The notes beneath the pieces were generated by a model. The model saw only the letters and a list, made by a program, of their open reading frames with translations, was not told where the DNA came from and made no database searches. 64,000 bases of DNA, from contig JAXEEE010000058.1 in the NCBI GenBank assembly GCA_034104265.1, forward strand, positions 1,729-65,728. Reading direction: 5' to 3'. This document shows, in pieces, positions 49,769 to 58,586 of this stretch; positions within the stretch are counted from its first letter, which is position 1; every line of letters begins with the position of its first letter. The DNA is from Eubacteriales bacterium. GTDB taxonomy: Bacteria > Bacillota > Clostridia > Christensenellales > Aristaeellaceae. The translations under genes and the position numbers were made by a program.

Positions 49769-52198
49769 TCACTGCGCCGCCGGAAAATACATGCTCTCCT
49801 TCAGCGTGATGCCGCTGTCGGCCTGAATCTTGTCCAGAATGCGTTGCCTGTCCTCGCCCTCGGCCACCACCGGGCGGAAGTCGTTCAGCCCGATGTCCGC
49901 CGAGGTGCTGGTCAGTATGGGGATGAATTCCAGCGCGCAGCCGGTGTAAACGTCCCCGTCGAAGCGGAGGCGCAGCTGTGCCAGCGTTGCGTCGAAGGTG
50001 GTCATGTCGTGGGTGCCGCCGAACATCAGATTGCCCAGGCTCCATACGATCAGCGTACCGTCCACCGTATCCACGCCCTGCACCACGTGGGGGTGTGCGC
50101 CGACAACGATGTTCACGTCCGCTGCCGCAGCGGCCTCGGCCATTTCCACCTGCAGGGCGTTATGGCCGGGGCTGTACTCCGTGCCCCAGTGGCAGGTGTA
50201 GATGATCACGTCACAGCCCTGCGCCTTCAGCGCGGCCACATCCTGGGCGATGATCTGCTTGTTCTGCCGGTAGGTGGTTTCCCGGCATCCGCCGAAGCCG
50301 ATGCGATGGCCGTCCTTCTCCCACACCCAGGTGTAGCCGTAGCCGCTGTAGGGAACGCCAGCTTCCTCCAGGGCGGCCCGGGTGGCGTCCCTGCCCGCAG
50401 TGCCGTAGTCGATATAGTGGTTGTTGGCAATGTTCACCAGCTCGATGGAGCCCTCGGTCAGCACACTGGTGTATTCCGGCAGACCACGGAAGCGGTAGAG
50501 CTTGTCCGTGTCCTCGCCCTTGCGGGTGTCCTTGAGCACGCACTCCAGATTGATCATGGTCAGGTCGTCGTTGGCGAAGATCTTCTGCAGCCCGCTGAAG
50601 GGGTAATCCATGCCGTTGCGGTTCAGGTAGGCCGGGAAGGCTTCCACCTTGTCCCACCAGGCTTCCCGGGTGCCGATCACCGCGTCCCCGCCGAAGGTCA
50701 GCACCAGCTCCGTCTCCTCCTCGCCAAGCGGCACAGGCTCCACGGCATCGGTGCGATCCATGGCCTTCAGCGGATCCCGTCCGCCCGCAACCGCCGCTGC
50801 CTCCGCATGTCGCTGCGCCGGGTCATCCAGGATGATCAGCCGGGTATAGTAGGGCAGATGCGTCCACAGCCAGTAGGCGTTGATGCCGCTCTCGCCCTTG
50901 TGCCGGGGCAGGCGCACGCAGCCGTGGGAGGCCTTCTGCCCCAGTGTAGGCGTATAGGGCGCGAAGTCCTTGTAGCCGGAGGTGCGCCGGTAGGGCAGCT
51001 GATGCAACAGGTTGCCCCCGTCGTAGCGGATGACATAGTCGTATTTCTTGCCGTCCATGCTGAAGGGCTCCAGGTGCTCCACCGTCAGGAAGGATCCCGC
51101 CGCCGTCTCCTGAAACAGCTTGTTCTTCGCGATCAGGCCCGTGGACACGTCGATCTCCGCAATGCGCTCCCCTCGATAAAACACCGCCATCTTCTGCTGC
51201 GCCTTGTCCAGCAGAAGACCGTATTCGCAGTTGGGCTGAACCATCTTCAGCCTGCTTTGAGGAACGTAGCCCTCCACGTATTCTCCTGCCTCATGGTTCC
51301 ACGCGCCGATGTACACCCAGCCGTCCTCGCGGATTTCCTTCACGTCCACCGCCTGGGACTGACCGTGCAGCTGCCCCAGGGATTTGCTGGACTTATCCGG
51401 CTGCGAATACACCTCTTGGTGCGCCACGAAGCGGATATCCACCACGGCGGAGGGCTTCTGCATCAGCTGCCAGATGACTTCGTCGCTGTCATCATAGGCA
51501 GGAAGATAGTCCCCCGTCACCTGCAGGGGGATTTCCGGCGCGCTGCCGTCCTTCAGCGTCACGTGGGTTTCCCTGACCCACGCCGGGTTGTCGCTGACAT
51601 AATAGCGCAGCACATAGTCCCCGGCGGGGAGCGCGGCCTTCCCTGCCTTGCCGTCCCAGGTCAGCTTTTTCGGATCCGTGGTGGAGACGGTGTACTTTCT
51701 GGTGTACAGCACATTGCCGGGATTCTCTGCCGAGCTGACCTCCATCACCACCGTGCCTGAGCGCACCAGGCACACCTCCACGAACCAGCCGCTGTCAGCC
51801 AGGTACAGCGTGTCGGCTCCGGGCAGGGCGAAGATCACTGCATTTTTGCACCGGGCGAAGGTCATCTTCCGGGAAATGGAGGTTTTGCTGCCCTCCCGGA
51901 CAAGGGTGGCCGTCAGTGTCCAGGTGCCGTCGGGAATCCGTTCGTCGTTGTCGCCCAGGCCGTTCCAGGCAACGCGGTTCTCCCCTGCCGAAACATCCAT
52001 GGTCCAGTTCAGCCAGTCGTTGTGGCCGTCGTTCACCACCAGGGTCAGACGGCCCGCGTGAGCCGTAGTGACCGTCAGCTCACAGGCCTGATAGCCCTGA
52101 ATATCACCCGACCAGCTTACGTCCAGCAGCGTATCCTCCGCCAGGGCGCACAGGGGAAGCAGCAGGCACGCGGCCAGCAGCATCAGCCATCTTTTCAT
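49769..52198 (-). CDS. Secreted multidomain protein: 2x FlgD-Ig-like, SH3-like, L,D-transpeptidase (YkuD) and CapA/PGA_cap metallophosphatase-like domains
   Basis: Signal peptide (MKRWLMLLAACLLLPLCALA). YkuD motif (HQLPY...ASHGCVRLP). CapA-like region (LTFGGDAV...NLECVL...VNIANNH...CHWGTEY...GAHPHVVQG). An alternative start at 52231 would overlap the DUF368 stop (TGATG). Confidence 0.8.
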   Translation of the reverse strand: MKRWLMLLAACLLLPLCALAEDTLLDVSWSGDIQGYQACELTVTTAHAGRLTLVVNDGHNDWLNWTMDVSAGENRVAWNGLGDNDERIPDGTWTLTATLVREGSKTSISRKMTFARCKNAVIFALPGADTLYLADSGWFVEVCLVRSGTVVMEVSSAENPGNVLYTRKYTVSTTDPKKLTWDGKAGKAALPAGDYVLRYYVSDNPAWVRETHVTLKDGSAPEIPLQVTGDYLPAYDDSDEVIWQLMQKPSAVVDIRFVAHQEVYSQPDKSSKSLGQLHGQSQAVDVKEIREDGWVYIGAWNHEAGEYVEGYVPQSRLKMVQPNCEYGLLLDKAQQKMAVFYRGERIAEIDVSTGLIAKNKLFQETAAGSFLTVEHLEPFSMDGKKYDYVIRYDGGNLLHQLPYRRTSGYKDFAPYTPTLGQKASHGCVRLPRHKGESGINAYWLWTHLPYYTRLIILDDPAQRHAEAAAVAGGRDPLKAMDRTDAVEPVPLGEEETELVLTFGGDAVIGTREAWWDKVEAFPAYLNRNGMDYPFSGLQKIFANDDLTMINLECVLKDTRKGEDTDKLYRFRGLPEYTSVLTEGSIELVNIANNHYIDYGTAGRDATRAALEEAGVPYSGYGYTWVWEKDGHRIGFGGCRETTYRQNKQIIAQDVAALKAQGCDVIIYTCHWGTEYSPGHNALQVEMAEAAAAADVNIVVGAHPHVVQGVDTVDGTLIVWSLGNLMFGGTHDMTTFDATLAQLRLRFDGDVYTGCALEFIPILTSTSADIGLNDFRPVVAEGEDRQRILDKIQADSGITLKESMYFPAAQ

Positions 52199-52230
52199 CG
52201 GCAGGGTCAGCCTCCTTGGTATTGCTTGCA

Positions 52231-53067
52231 TCATTCGGGCTTGGGAACGCCGGCATTGAACCGGTTCAGCATTTGGGCCGCCGCAATGCCCAGGCACAGG
52301 CAGCCCAGGTTGATCAGGCATGTGCTGATACTGGCGGCAAAGCTGCCAAAGGGAATAATGACCACCGTCGCAGCCGTCACAATGCCAATAATCCCATGGA
52401 ACATGGGTGCATAGTGGGTTTCCATCAGCCGGGTGATGGCCCGGGCCAGCAGGATGACTGTGGCCAGCGCGCCCAGGCCCGCGGGGACAAGAACCGCCGG
52501 ATCCAGCCTGCCCAACCCTGCCACGAAGGGTGTGTACAGCCCCAGAGGCATCAGCAGCGTGGAGAAGCTCATCCCCGGTGCGATCACGGATAGCGCAAGA
52601 CAGAAGCCACAGAAGAGGTACCACCCGAAGCCGGGCTCAATGCGCACCTGCACCACCCGCAGCCCCGTCAGCAGCGCCAGCGTCACCGCGAAGGCAATGC
52701 CCAGGGCGATCCAGGAGGATTTGCCTCTCCCGCGCTCTCCCGCCTCCCGCAGGAGCGATGGCAGCATGCCGCCGATCAGCCCCACAAACAGGCATACCGA
52801 CGGATCCGGGTAGGCCTCCAGCAGAAAGCCCAGGAGCCTTGCAATGCCCAGGAAGCCCAGTGCCACGCCCGCCAGTACCGGCAGAAGCAGCCGCATGTTC
52901 TCCCGGAAGGCGCGAACAGGGTGGGCCAGCAGGGCCATCACTGGCTGATACACACCGAACACCACCATCAGCACGCCCCCGGAAACCCCGGGCAGTACCG
53001 CCCCCGTGCCGATCACCGCGCCCCGCAGCAGCCGCATCATCGGGCCGGCCTGCCGTTTTTCTGACAT
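52231..53067 (-). CDS. DUF368-family membrane protein (family linked to polyprenyl-phosphate transport, PopT-type)
   Basis: LLRGAVIGTGAVLPGVSGGVLMVVFGVY motif repeated in the second half (SVIAPGMSFSTLLMPLGLY). About 8 TM segments. The ATG at 53067 lies 7 nt after GGGAGGG. Confidence 0.8.
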   Translation of the reverse strand: MSEKRQAGPMMRLLRGAVIGTGAVLPGVSGGVLMVVFGVYQPVMALLAHPVRAFRENMRLLLPVLAGVALGFLGIARLLGFLLEAYPDPSVCLFVGLIGGMLPSLLREAGERGRGKSSWIALGIAFAVTLALLTGLRVVQVRIEPGFGWYLFCGFCLALSVIAPGMSFSTLLMPLGLYTPFVAGLGRLDPAVLVPAGLGALATVILLARAITRLMETHYAPMFHGIIGIVTAATVVIIPFGSFAASISTCLINLGCLCLGIAAAQMLNRFNAGVPKPE

Positions 53068-53258
53068 TCGCTGTCCCTCCCGCATGCGTCGGATTTTCGT
53101 CACTGCTTTCCCATCATAGCAGGTTGACGGCATCCCGTCAATTCTGCTGAATCAACATTTTACATGTTGCCCGCGTTTCAGCCGTTCCATCATACAGGAC
53201 GCTGCGCACCTGCTGCAGGTTCACTGCGGGCAAAATTTTGTGCGTATGTCCGGCATAC

Positions 53259-53292
53259 AAAAAAGGATATGCAGGATCGTGCCTGCATATCC
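53259..53292 (-). terminator. Rho-independent terminator after the LRR protein gene
   Basis: On the minus strand: GGATATGCAGG, 6-nt loop, CCTGCATATCC, followed by TTTTTT. Confidence 0.8.
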
Positions 53293-53334
53293 CATGCGCC
53301 GCCCGCCGGTATCACGCCGGTGGGCTGACGCGTC

Positions 53335-56300
53335 TTATTCCGCCACAAAATGCATCAGCATGGAGTCGAAATAATTCAGATCGCACCCCTCCTCGGTCAG
53401 GATTACGTTCAGCGGCGTGCCGTAATAGTCAATGATGAAGGCGTCCGCCTCGCCATCCTCCGTAGTGACGCGCTGCTGCGTCCAGGTCAGCCCCGAAACC
53501 ATCGCGCCGGACAGGACGAAATCTGCCGTACCGTTCTCATGGAAGGTGAGCGAATACTCCATGCCGCCCAGCATGGAAGCGCTCATGGTGTAGCCCTGTA
53601 CGTCTGCGGTCTCCAGGACGTACTTGACCTCCAGCCGGTCGGAGAAATCATTGGCGCCTCCGGCGGCGGGATGCTCGGTCTCGGCAGGGGCAACAGGCGC
53701 AGAAGCTTCACCGTCCCTGGTGAAGACAATCTTCACGCCGTCCTCTTCCATGCAGAGGGTGCCGTTTCCCTGGAGAACAGCCTGCGTGCCGTCAATCAGG
53801 GCCACGCCGCCGCTGACCGTCCAGGTGCCGGTGTCCTCCTCTTCACCGTCGAACAGGGTCATCGTGCCGTCCTCGTTGAAGGTCAGCTGCATGACCAGGC
53901 CGAAGTCCGCCAGGCTGAAGGCGGAGCCTTCCATTTCCATGGTCTGGCCGTACCAGGTGCCAAAGAAGGCTGCACCTCCATCGCCCACAGGGGCGGCAGG
54001 CGCAGGCGTGGACACCGGCGCGGAGGCTTCATCCTCGCGGGTGAAGATTACCTTCGTGCCGTCCTCTTCCATACAGAGGGTGCCGTCCGCCTGGAGAACA
54101 GCCTGCGAGCCGTCAATCAGGGCCACACCCCCGCTGACCGTCCAGGCTCCGGTGTCCTCCTCTTCGCCGTCGAACAGGGTCATCGTGCCGTCCTCGTTGA
54201 AGGTCAGCTGCATGACGATGCCGAAGTCCGCCAGACTGAAGGCGGAGCCTTCCATTTCCATGGTCTGGCCGTACCAGGTGCCAAGGAAGGCTGAACCTTC
54301 ATAGCCCACGGGTACGGCAGGGGCGGGCGTGGACACCGGTGCGGAGCCTTCGCCCTCACGGGTGAAGATGACCTTCGTGCCGTCGACTTCCAGGGACAGG
54401 GAGCCGTCGTCAAGCAGCACGCCCTGCATGGTATCGACTGTGATCACACCGCCGCTGACCGTCCAGGTGGATGCTTCTTCCTCTTCGCCGTCAAACATGA
54501 GCAGCGTGCCGTCCTCGTTAAGGGTCAGCTGCATGACAATGCCGAAGTCCGCCAGACTGAACGCGGAGCCTTCCATTTCCATGGTCAGGCCGATCCACAA
54601 GCCCAGGTAGGGTTCACCCTCCGGGCCGACGGGCACGGCAGGCGCAGGCGTAGCGGTAGGTTCAGGGGTGGGCATGGGCTCGCTCTTCACAGCCGAAAGC
54701 AACGCATCCACATTGGGCATCCGGGAAGCGTCGGTGATGCACTTCTCCAGGGAGAAAGCTTCCGTCTGATCCATGTTCAGGAATGCGTATTCGCTGACAT
54801 TCTCCACATACCCGCCCAGATACACCGTCTCCAGGCTTGCGCAGCTGTCAAATACATACCGGTCGATATTCCGCACGCCGTTGACGAACACGACCTCCCG
54901 CAGGCTGATGCAACCGGAGAACAGGCCCTCGGGCAGATTCTCGATAGGCGCGTAGCAGATCACGGTTTCCAGCGTATCGCAGTTCTGGAAGGCATACATG
55001 GGAATGTCCGTGTAGGTTTCCGGGATCACCAGGGACACGACGGGCAGCTCCACGTCGAAATTGTCGCCCCAGCAGGCGCGGCTCATCATGTTGCCGCCGA
55101 TCATGGTCAGCTGCACGCCGTCGATCTCCCGGGGCAGGTACAGGTTCAGCTCATAACCCTGGTACGCATCCAGACGGGCATATTCCTCGTCATACCAGAA
55201 ATCGTCGCCGGGCAGGGCTGCATAGGGCATGGCAACAACCTGCGCAGGTTCCTCGCCCAGGCGCGGCACGGGGTTGTACCAGGCCCGTCCTGCCAGTGCG
55301 GACAGGGTGCGCACCTGCTCTTTCGTGGCGTCGGGGGCAGCGTAAAGTTCCGCCACACCGGCCAGCATATCCGCCATGTCCTGGGGCAGCAGTGCGGGAT
55401 CACACAGCACAGTCAGCTTCTCCAGCCCTGTGCAGCCATCCAGCGCGCCGGAACCGATGCTGGTCAGGGACGCGGGCAGGGTCAGCTCCGTGATGCCGGT
55501 GCAGCCCCTGAACGCGCCCGCGCCGATGGACGTCAGCGATTCGGGCAGCGTCATTTCCGTGATGTTCACGCAGTTGCGGAAGGCCTCATCACCAATGGTG
55601 GTGATGGACGGGAACATTTCCACATAGGCCACGCTGCTGTCGGCAAAGGCTTCCGCGCCGATGGTGGTGAACCAGCCGCAGTGGTGGGGATAGAAGGAAC
55701 GAATGGTCTGATTGCCCTTGAACAGGCAGTCTCCCAGGGCAGTGATATCGATGTCGCCATCGGCAGCCCAGACGGTCAGATCGGGCTGATCTCCATGATA
55801 GGCCGTCCACATGCCGTTCTCGATGGTGGTCACGTCCACGCTATCGACAGGATAGGAGGCCACGCCGCCGCTGATGGGATTGTTGATCCACACGGTGCAG
55901 TCCGGGCACTGCTCCGCCAGCATGGCTGCGTAAGCATCGCGGTTCCCGAGGCTGCTGTCCCAGGGCAGATCCAGATCGGCCACCTGCGTATCGGCAAAGG
56001 CATCGGCGGCAATGTCGATGGGCTGATACAGGTCGAAGGCCATGTAGTTCAGGAAGGTGCCCGCAAAGGCCCGGGAGCCGATGCGCTCCACGTTAGCGCC
56101 CAGGTACAGCTCCTCGCACCAGGCGCTCTCAAAGGCATTATCGCCGATGACGCGAACCGTGGAGGGCAGGCTGAGGATCGATGCCTGCGCGTAACGGAAG
56201 GCCCCCGCGCCAATCTCCTCCAGACCCTCGCTCCAGTCGATCCGGCTGGGCTGGGCATTCATGAAGCCGTTGTCGCCGATCACCCGCAGGGTTGTGGGAA

Positions 56301-57153
56301 GGCTGAGGTAATCCATGTTGCTGGCCTGCTGGAAGGCAGCTTCCTCAATGCGCTCCAGCCCCTCGGGCAGGATCAGTGCGTAGACGGAATAATCGCCGCG
56401 GAAGGCATCCTGGCCGATGGCCTTCACCGCCACGCCGCCGATGCTGGCGGGAATCTCCAGCCAGGCATGGAACTCGGTGTAGCTGTTAATCGTCCCGGTG
56501 GACGCGTCGAAGTCGAACCAGTCCTCATTGCCCTCCGCAGGGCGGGCTACGGCGTTCTTCCCGCTGGGCTGCAGACGGTCGGCGGCGTCGTTGGCATCGG
56601 CCAGGGCGGCAGCATAGGCCTCCAGCTGATCGTCGGGGACATAGATCACGCAGTCCTCCGGCAGCAGGTTGAAGCACCAGTCCTCCGTCAGAAAGAGGGG
56701 GCATTCGCCTTCGAAGCAGATCTCCCGCAGATTGTCGCAGGCGCGGAAGGCGGCGTTTACCGCGCGGACGCTGGAGGGCACGGTAACGCTGGTCAGCGCC
56801 GGGCAGTAGCTAAAGTTGCCGTAGCCGATGTACTCCAGCCCGTCATTGAGGCGCACCTCCGTCAGACCGCTCATGTAGCTGACGGCAGAATCCTGCAGCG
56901 CGCGCAGGGTGTCCGGCATGGTCAGAGAGGTCACGTCGTTCCTGCTGTCAAAGGCTCTGCTGCGGATGGCGGTTACCTCGCAGCCGTCCACCTCAGCAGG
57001 GATGACCACGTCACCGGCAAGATCGCCGCTGACATTGAGGCACAGGTTGTACGCGTCATAGGCCCAGACGGCCTCCTCCGCCAGGGCGGGCGCGCCAAAG
57101 GCAAGCAACGTCAGGGCCAGTAGCATCCAGAGAACCCGCTGCATCTGTTTCAT
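53335..57153 (-). CDS. Giant secreted BspA-type leucine-rich-repeat protein with four C-terminal lipocalin-like modules
   Basis: Signal peptide (MKQMQRVLWMLLALTLLAFGAPALA). Many LRR units of the pattern I..IG..AF..C..L..V.LP. The C-terminus has three near-identical modules of about 107 aa (GSAFSLADFG.VMQLTFNEDGTMTLFDGEEED.G.WTVSGG...) plus one divergent module. Confidence 0.8.
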   Translation of the reverse strand: MKQMQRVLWMLLALTLLAFGAPALAEEAVWAYDAYNLCLNVSGDLAGDVVIPAEVDGCEVTAIRSRAFDSRNDVTSLTMPDTLRALQDSAVSYMSGLTEVRLNDGLEYIGYGNFSYCPALTSVTVPSSVRAVNAAFRACDNLREICFEGECPLFLTEDWCFNLLPEDCVIYVPDDQLEAYAAALADANDAADRLQPSGKNAVARPAEGNEDWFDFDASTGTINSYTEFHAWLEIPASIGGVAVKAIGQDAFRGDYSVYALILPEGLERIEEAAFQQASNMDYLSLPTTLRVIGDNGFMNAQPSRIDWSEGLEEIGAGAFRYAQASILSLPSTVRVIGDNAFESAWCEELYLGANVERIGSRAFAGTFLNYMAFDLYQPIDIAADAFADTQVADLDLPWDSSLGNRDAYAAMLAEQCPDCTVWINNPISGGVASYPVDSVDVTTIENGMWTAYHGDQPDLTVWAADGDIDITALGDCLFKGNQTIRSFYPHHCGWFTTIGAEAFADSSVAYVEMFPSITTIGDEAFRNCVNITEMTLPESLTSIGAGAFRGCTGITELTLPASLTSIGSGALDGCTGLEKLTVLCDPALLPQDMADMLAGVAELYAAPDATKEQVRTLSALAGRAWYNPVPRLGEEPAQVVAMPYAALPGDDFWYDEEYARLDAYQGYELNLYLPREIDGVQLTMIGGNMMSRACWGDNFDVELPVVSLVIPETYTDIPMYAFQNCDTLETVICYAPIENLPEGLFSGCISLREVVFVNGVRNIDRYVFDSCASLETVYLGGYVENVSEYAFLNMDQTEAFSLEKCITDASRMPNVDALLSAVKSEPMPTPEPTATPAPAVPVGPEGEPYLGLWIGLTMEMEGSAFSLADFGIVMQLTLNEDGTLLMFDGEEEEASTWTVSGGVITVDTMQGVLLDDGSLSLEVDGTKVIFTREGEGSAPVSTPAPAVPVGYEGSAFLGTWYGQTMEMEGSAFSLADFGIVMQLTFNEDGTMTLFDGEEEDTGAWTVSGGVALIDGSQAVLQADGTLCMEEDGTKVIFTREDEASAPVSTPAPAAPVGDGGAAFFGTWYGQTMEMEGSAFSLADFGLVMQLTFNEDGTMTLFDGEEEDTGTWTVSGGVALIDGTQAVLQGNGTLCMEEDGVKIVFTRDGEASAPVAPAETEHPAAGGANDFSDRLEVKYVLETADVQGYTMSASMLGGMEYSLTFHENGTADFVLSGAMVSGLTWTQQRVTTEDGEADAFIIDYYGTPLNVILTEEGCDLNYFDSMLMHFVAE
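53700..54660 (-). repeat. Tandem 321-bp in-frame coding repeat, three copies, in the LRR protein gene
   Basis: CCATTTCC(A)TGGTC recurs at 53931, 54252 and 54573, a period of exactly 321 bp. Copies 2 and 3 are nearly identical. Confidence 0.85.
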
Positions 57154-57205
57154 GTTCTTCCATCCTTTCCGTTCAATCAATCGTGTACAATGCTGCAATG
57201 CGTTG

Positions 57206-57748
57206 TCACTCCTTTTCCAGAAGCGACAGGCAGTCTTCAAACGCATCATAGGGGTTCGCTCCCTCGCTGCACACGGATGCAATGCCCCCGCCAAAGACGT
57301 CCATATAATTCACGGGCATATACACAAGCGTCAGCACCTCATCCTCCGAGGGCAGCACCGATTCAATGACATTGCTTGCATCGCAGGACAAAACACCGGA
57401 ATTCCTGTTCAGCGTGAAGTGGCCGTAGAAGATCTGCGAGTTGGCCAGCGTGGTGAAAACAGCCATGCTCTCAAAGGATTCATCCATGACCCGCAGCGGA
57501 GAATAAGCCGATACACAAAGCATGTCATCGTACAGGAAAATGGTCACCTCGGTGCTTCCCAGTTCGCTGTTCAGGTCAAAGCTCATGTCGAAGCATTGCA
57601 TCACAGCACGGTATTCGTAATCAATCGATGCGCTGTCAAGCGCGCTGCGGACGACCTGCTCCAGCATACCCACCGTGTCCTCCGCAGACGCGCAGCCCAT
57701 GGCTGTCAGCATGCACAGTGCCGTCAGCATCGCCAGGAATTTCTTCAT
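57206..57748 (-). CDS. Hypothetical lipoprotein
   Basis: The ATG at 57748 follows GGAGGAGGAG. Signal peptide with a lipobox-like LTAMGC. No domain recognised with confidence. Confidence 0.6.
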   Translation of the reverse strand: MKKFLAMLTALCMLTAMGCASAEDTVGMLEQVVRSALDSASIDYEYRAVMQCFDMSFDLNSELGSTEVTIFLYDDMLCVSAYSPLRVMDESFESMAVFTTLANSQIFYGHFTLNRNSGVLSCDASNVIESVLPSEDEVLTLVYMPVNYMDVFGGGIASVCSEGANPYDAFEDCLSLLEKE

Positions 57749-57941
57749 CGTTCTCCTCCTCCAAAGCATCATGATTCAGATATGTCCCGTGCAGACGCAT
57801 ATGCCATCCGCGCCCGCATAAAAACCCAGAATGATTATATCAGTGATTTCCGCTTTCCCGCATCGGCCAGATGGCCAGAATCATCCGCCCTTGCCAAAAA
57901 AGCGGCGCTCCTTCATCCGAAAGAGCGCGTGGAAGCCCGCG

Positions 57942-58586
57942 TTACAGCTGTGTATCGTGTTCCTCCAGGATAACCAGACCGCTTTCCCGGGCGCGGACAG
58001 CCAGCTCCGTCCGGTTGCGCAAGCCGGTTTTGCCCAGCATGCTGAGAATATGTGCCTTCACGCTGCCCACGGAGATGTGCAGCCGCTCGCCGATCTCCGT
58101 GTTGGTGTAGCCACCGGTCATCTCGCGCAGCACCTCCAGCTCCCGGCCGGTCAGGTCATAGCTGCTGACACGGCCCAGCATCAGCTCAGGGGCCGCGTCC
58201 GGATAGACTGACTCCCCTGCCACGGTGCGCCGCATGACATCCAGGATTGACGCGTCCTCCGCCTCCTTGTACCAGAAGCTCTCCACTCCGGCGGCACGGG
58301 CACGATCCATGAAGGAGCACTCAGGCATGGAGGTGACAATGACGATTCTGACCCCTGGCGTCTGACGCTTGATGCGTTCGGCCGCCGCCAGGCCGGTGCA
58401 GCCGCCGCGGGTCATTACGTCCATCAGCACCAGATCCACGTCGCTGCGCAGGCAGTACACGTCCGCCAGCTCCGCGCTGTCGATGGCTGCCGCCAGCTCG
58501 AAATCCTCCGAGGCAGCGATCAGCATGGCAAACAGCTGCCGGGGCATGGTTTGATCCTCCACCACCAGCACACGGCTTCTGCTCAT
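57942..58586 (-). CDS. LuxR/NarL-family response regulator
   Basis: Receiver domain (VLVVEDQ...DLVLMDV) and a C-terminal HTH (LTGRELEVLREMTGGYTNTEIGERLHISVGSVKAHILSMLGK). The ATG at 58586 overlaps the kinase stop (ATGA) and lies 6 nt after GGAGG. Confidence 0.85.
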   Translation of the reverse strand: MSRSRVLVVEDQTMPRQLFAMLIAASEDFELAAAIDSAELADVYCLRSDVDLVLMDVMTRGGCTGLAAAERIKRQTPGVRIVIVTSMPECSFMDRARAAGVESFWYKEAEDASILDVMRRTVAGESVYPDAAPELMLGRVSSYDLTGRELEVLREMTGGYTNTEIGERLHISVGSVKAHILSMLGKTGLRNRTELAVRARESGLVILEEHDTQL

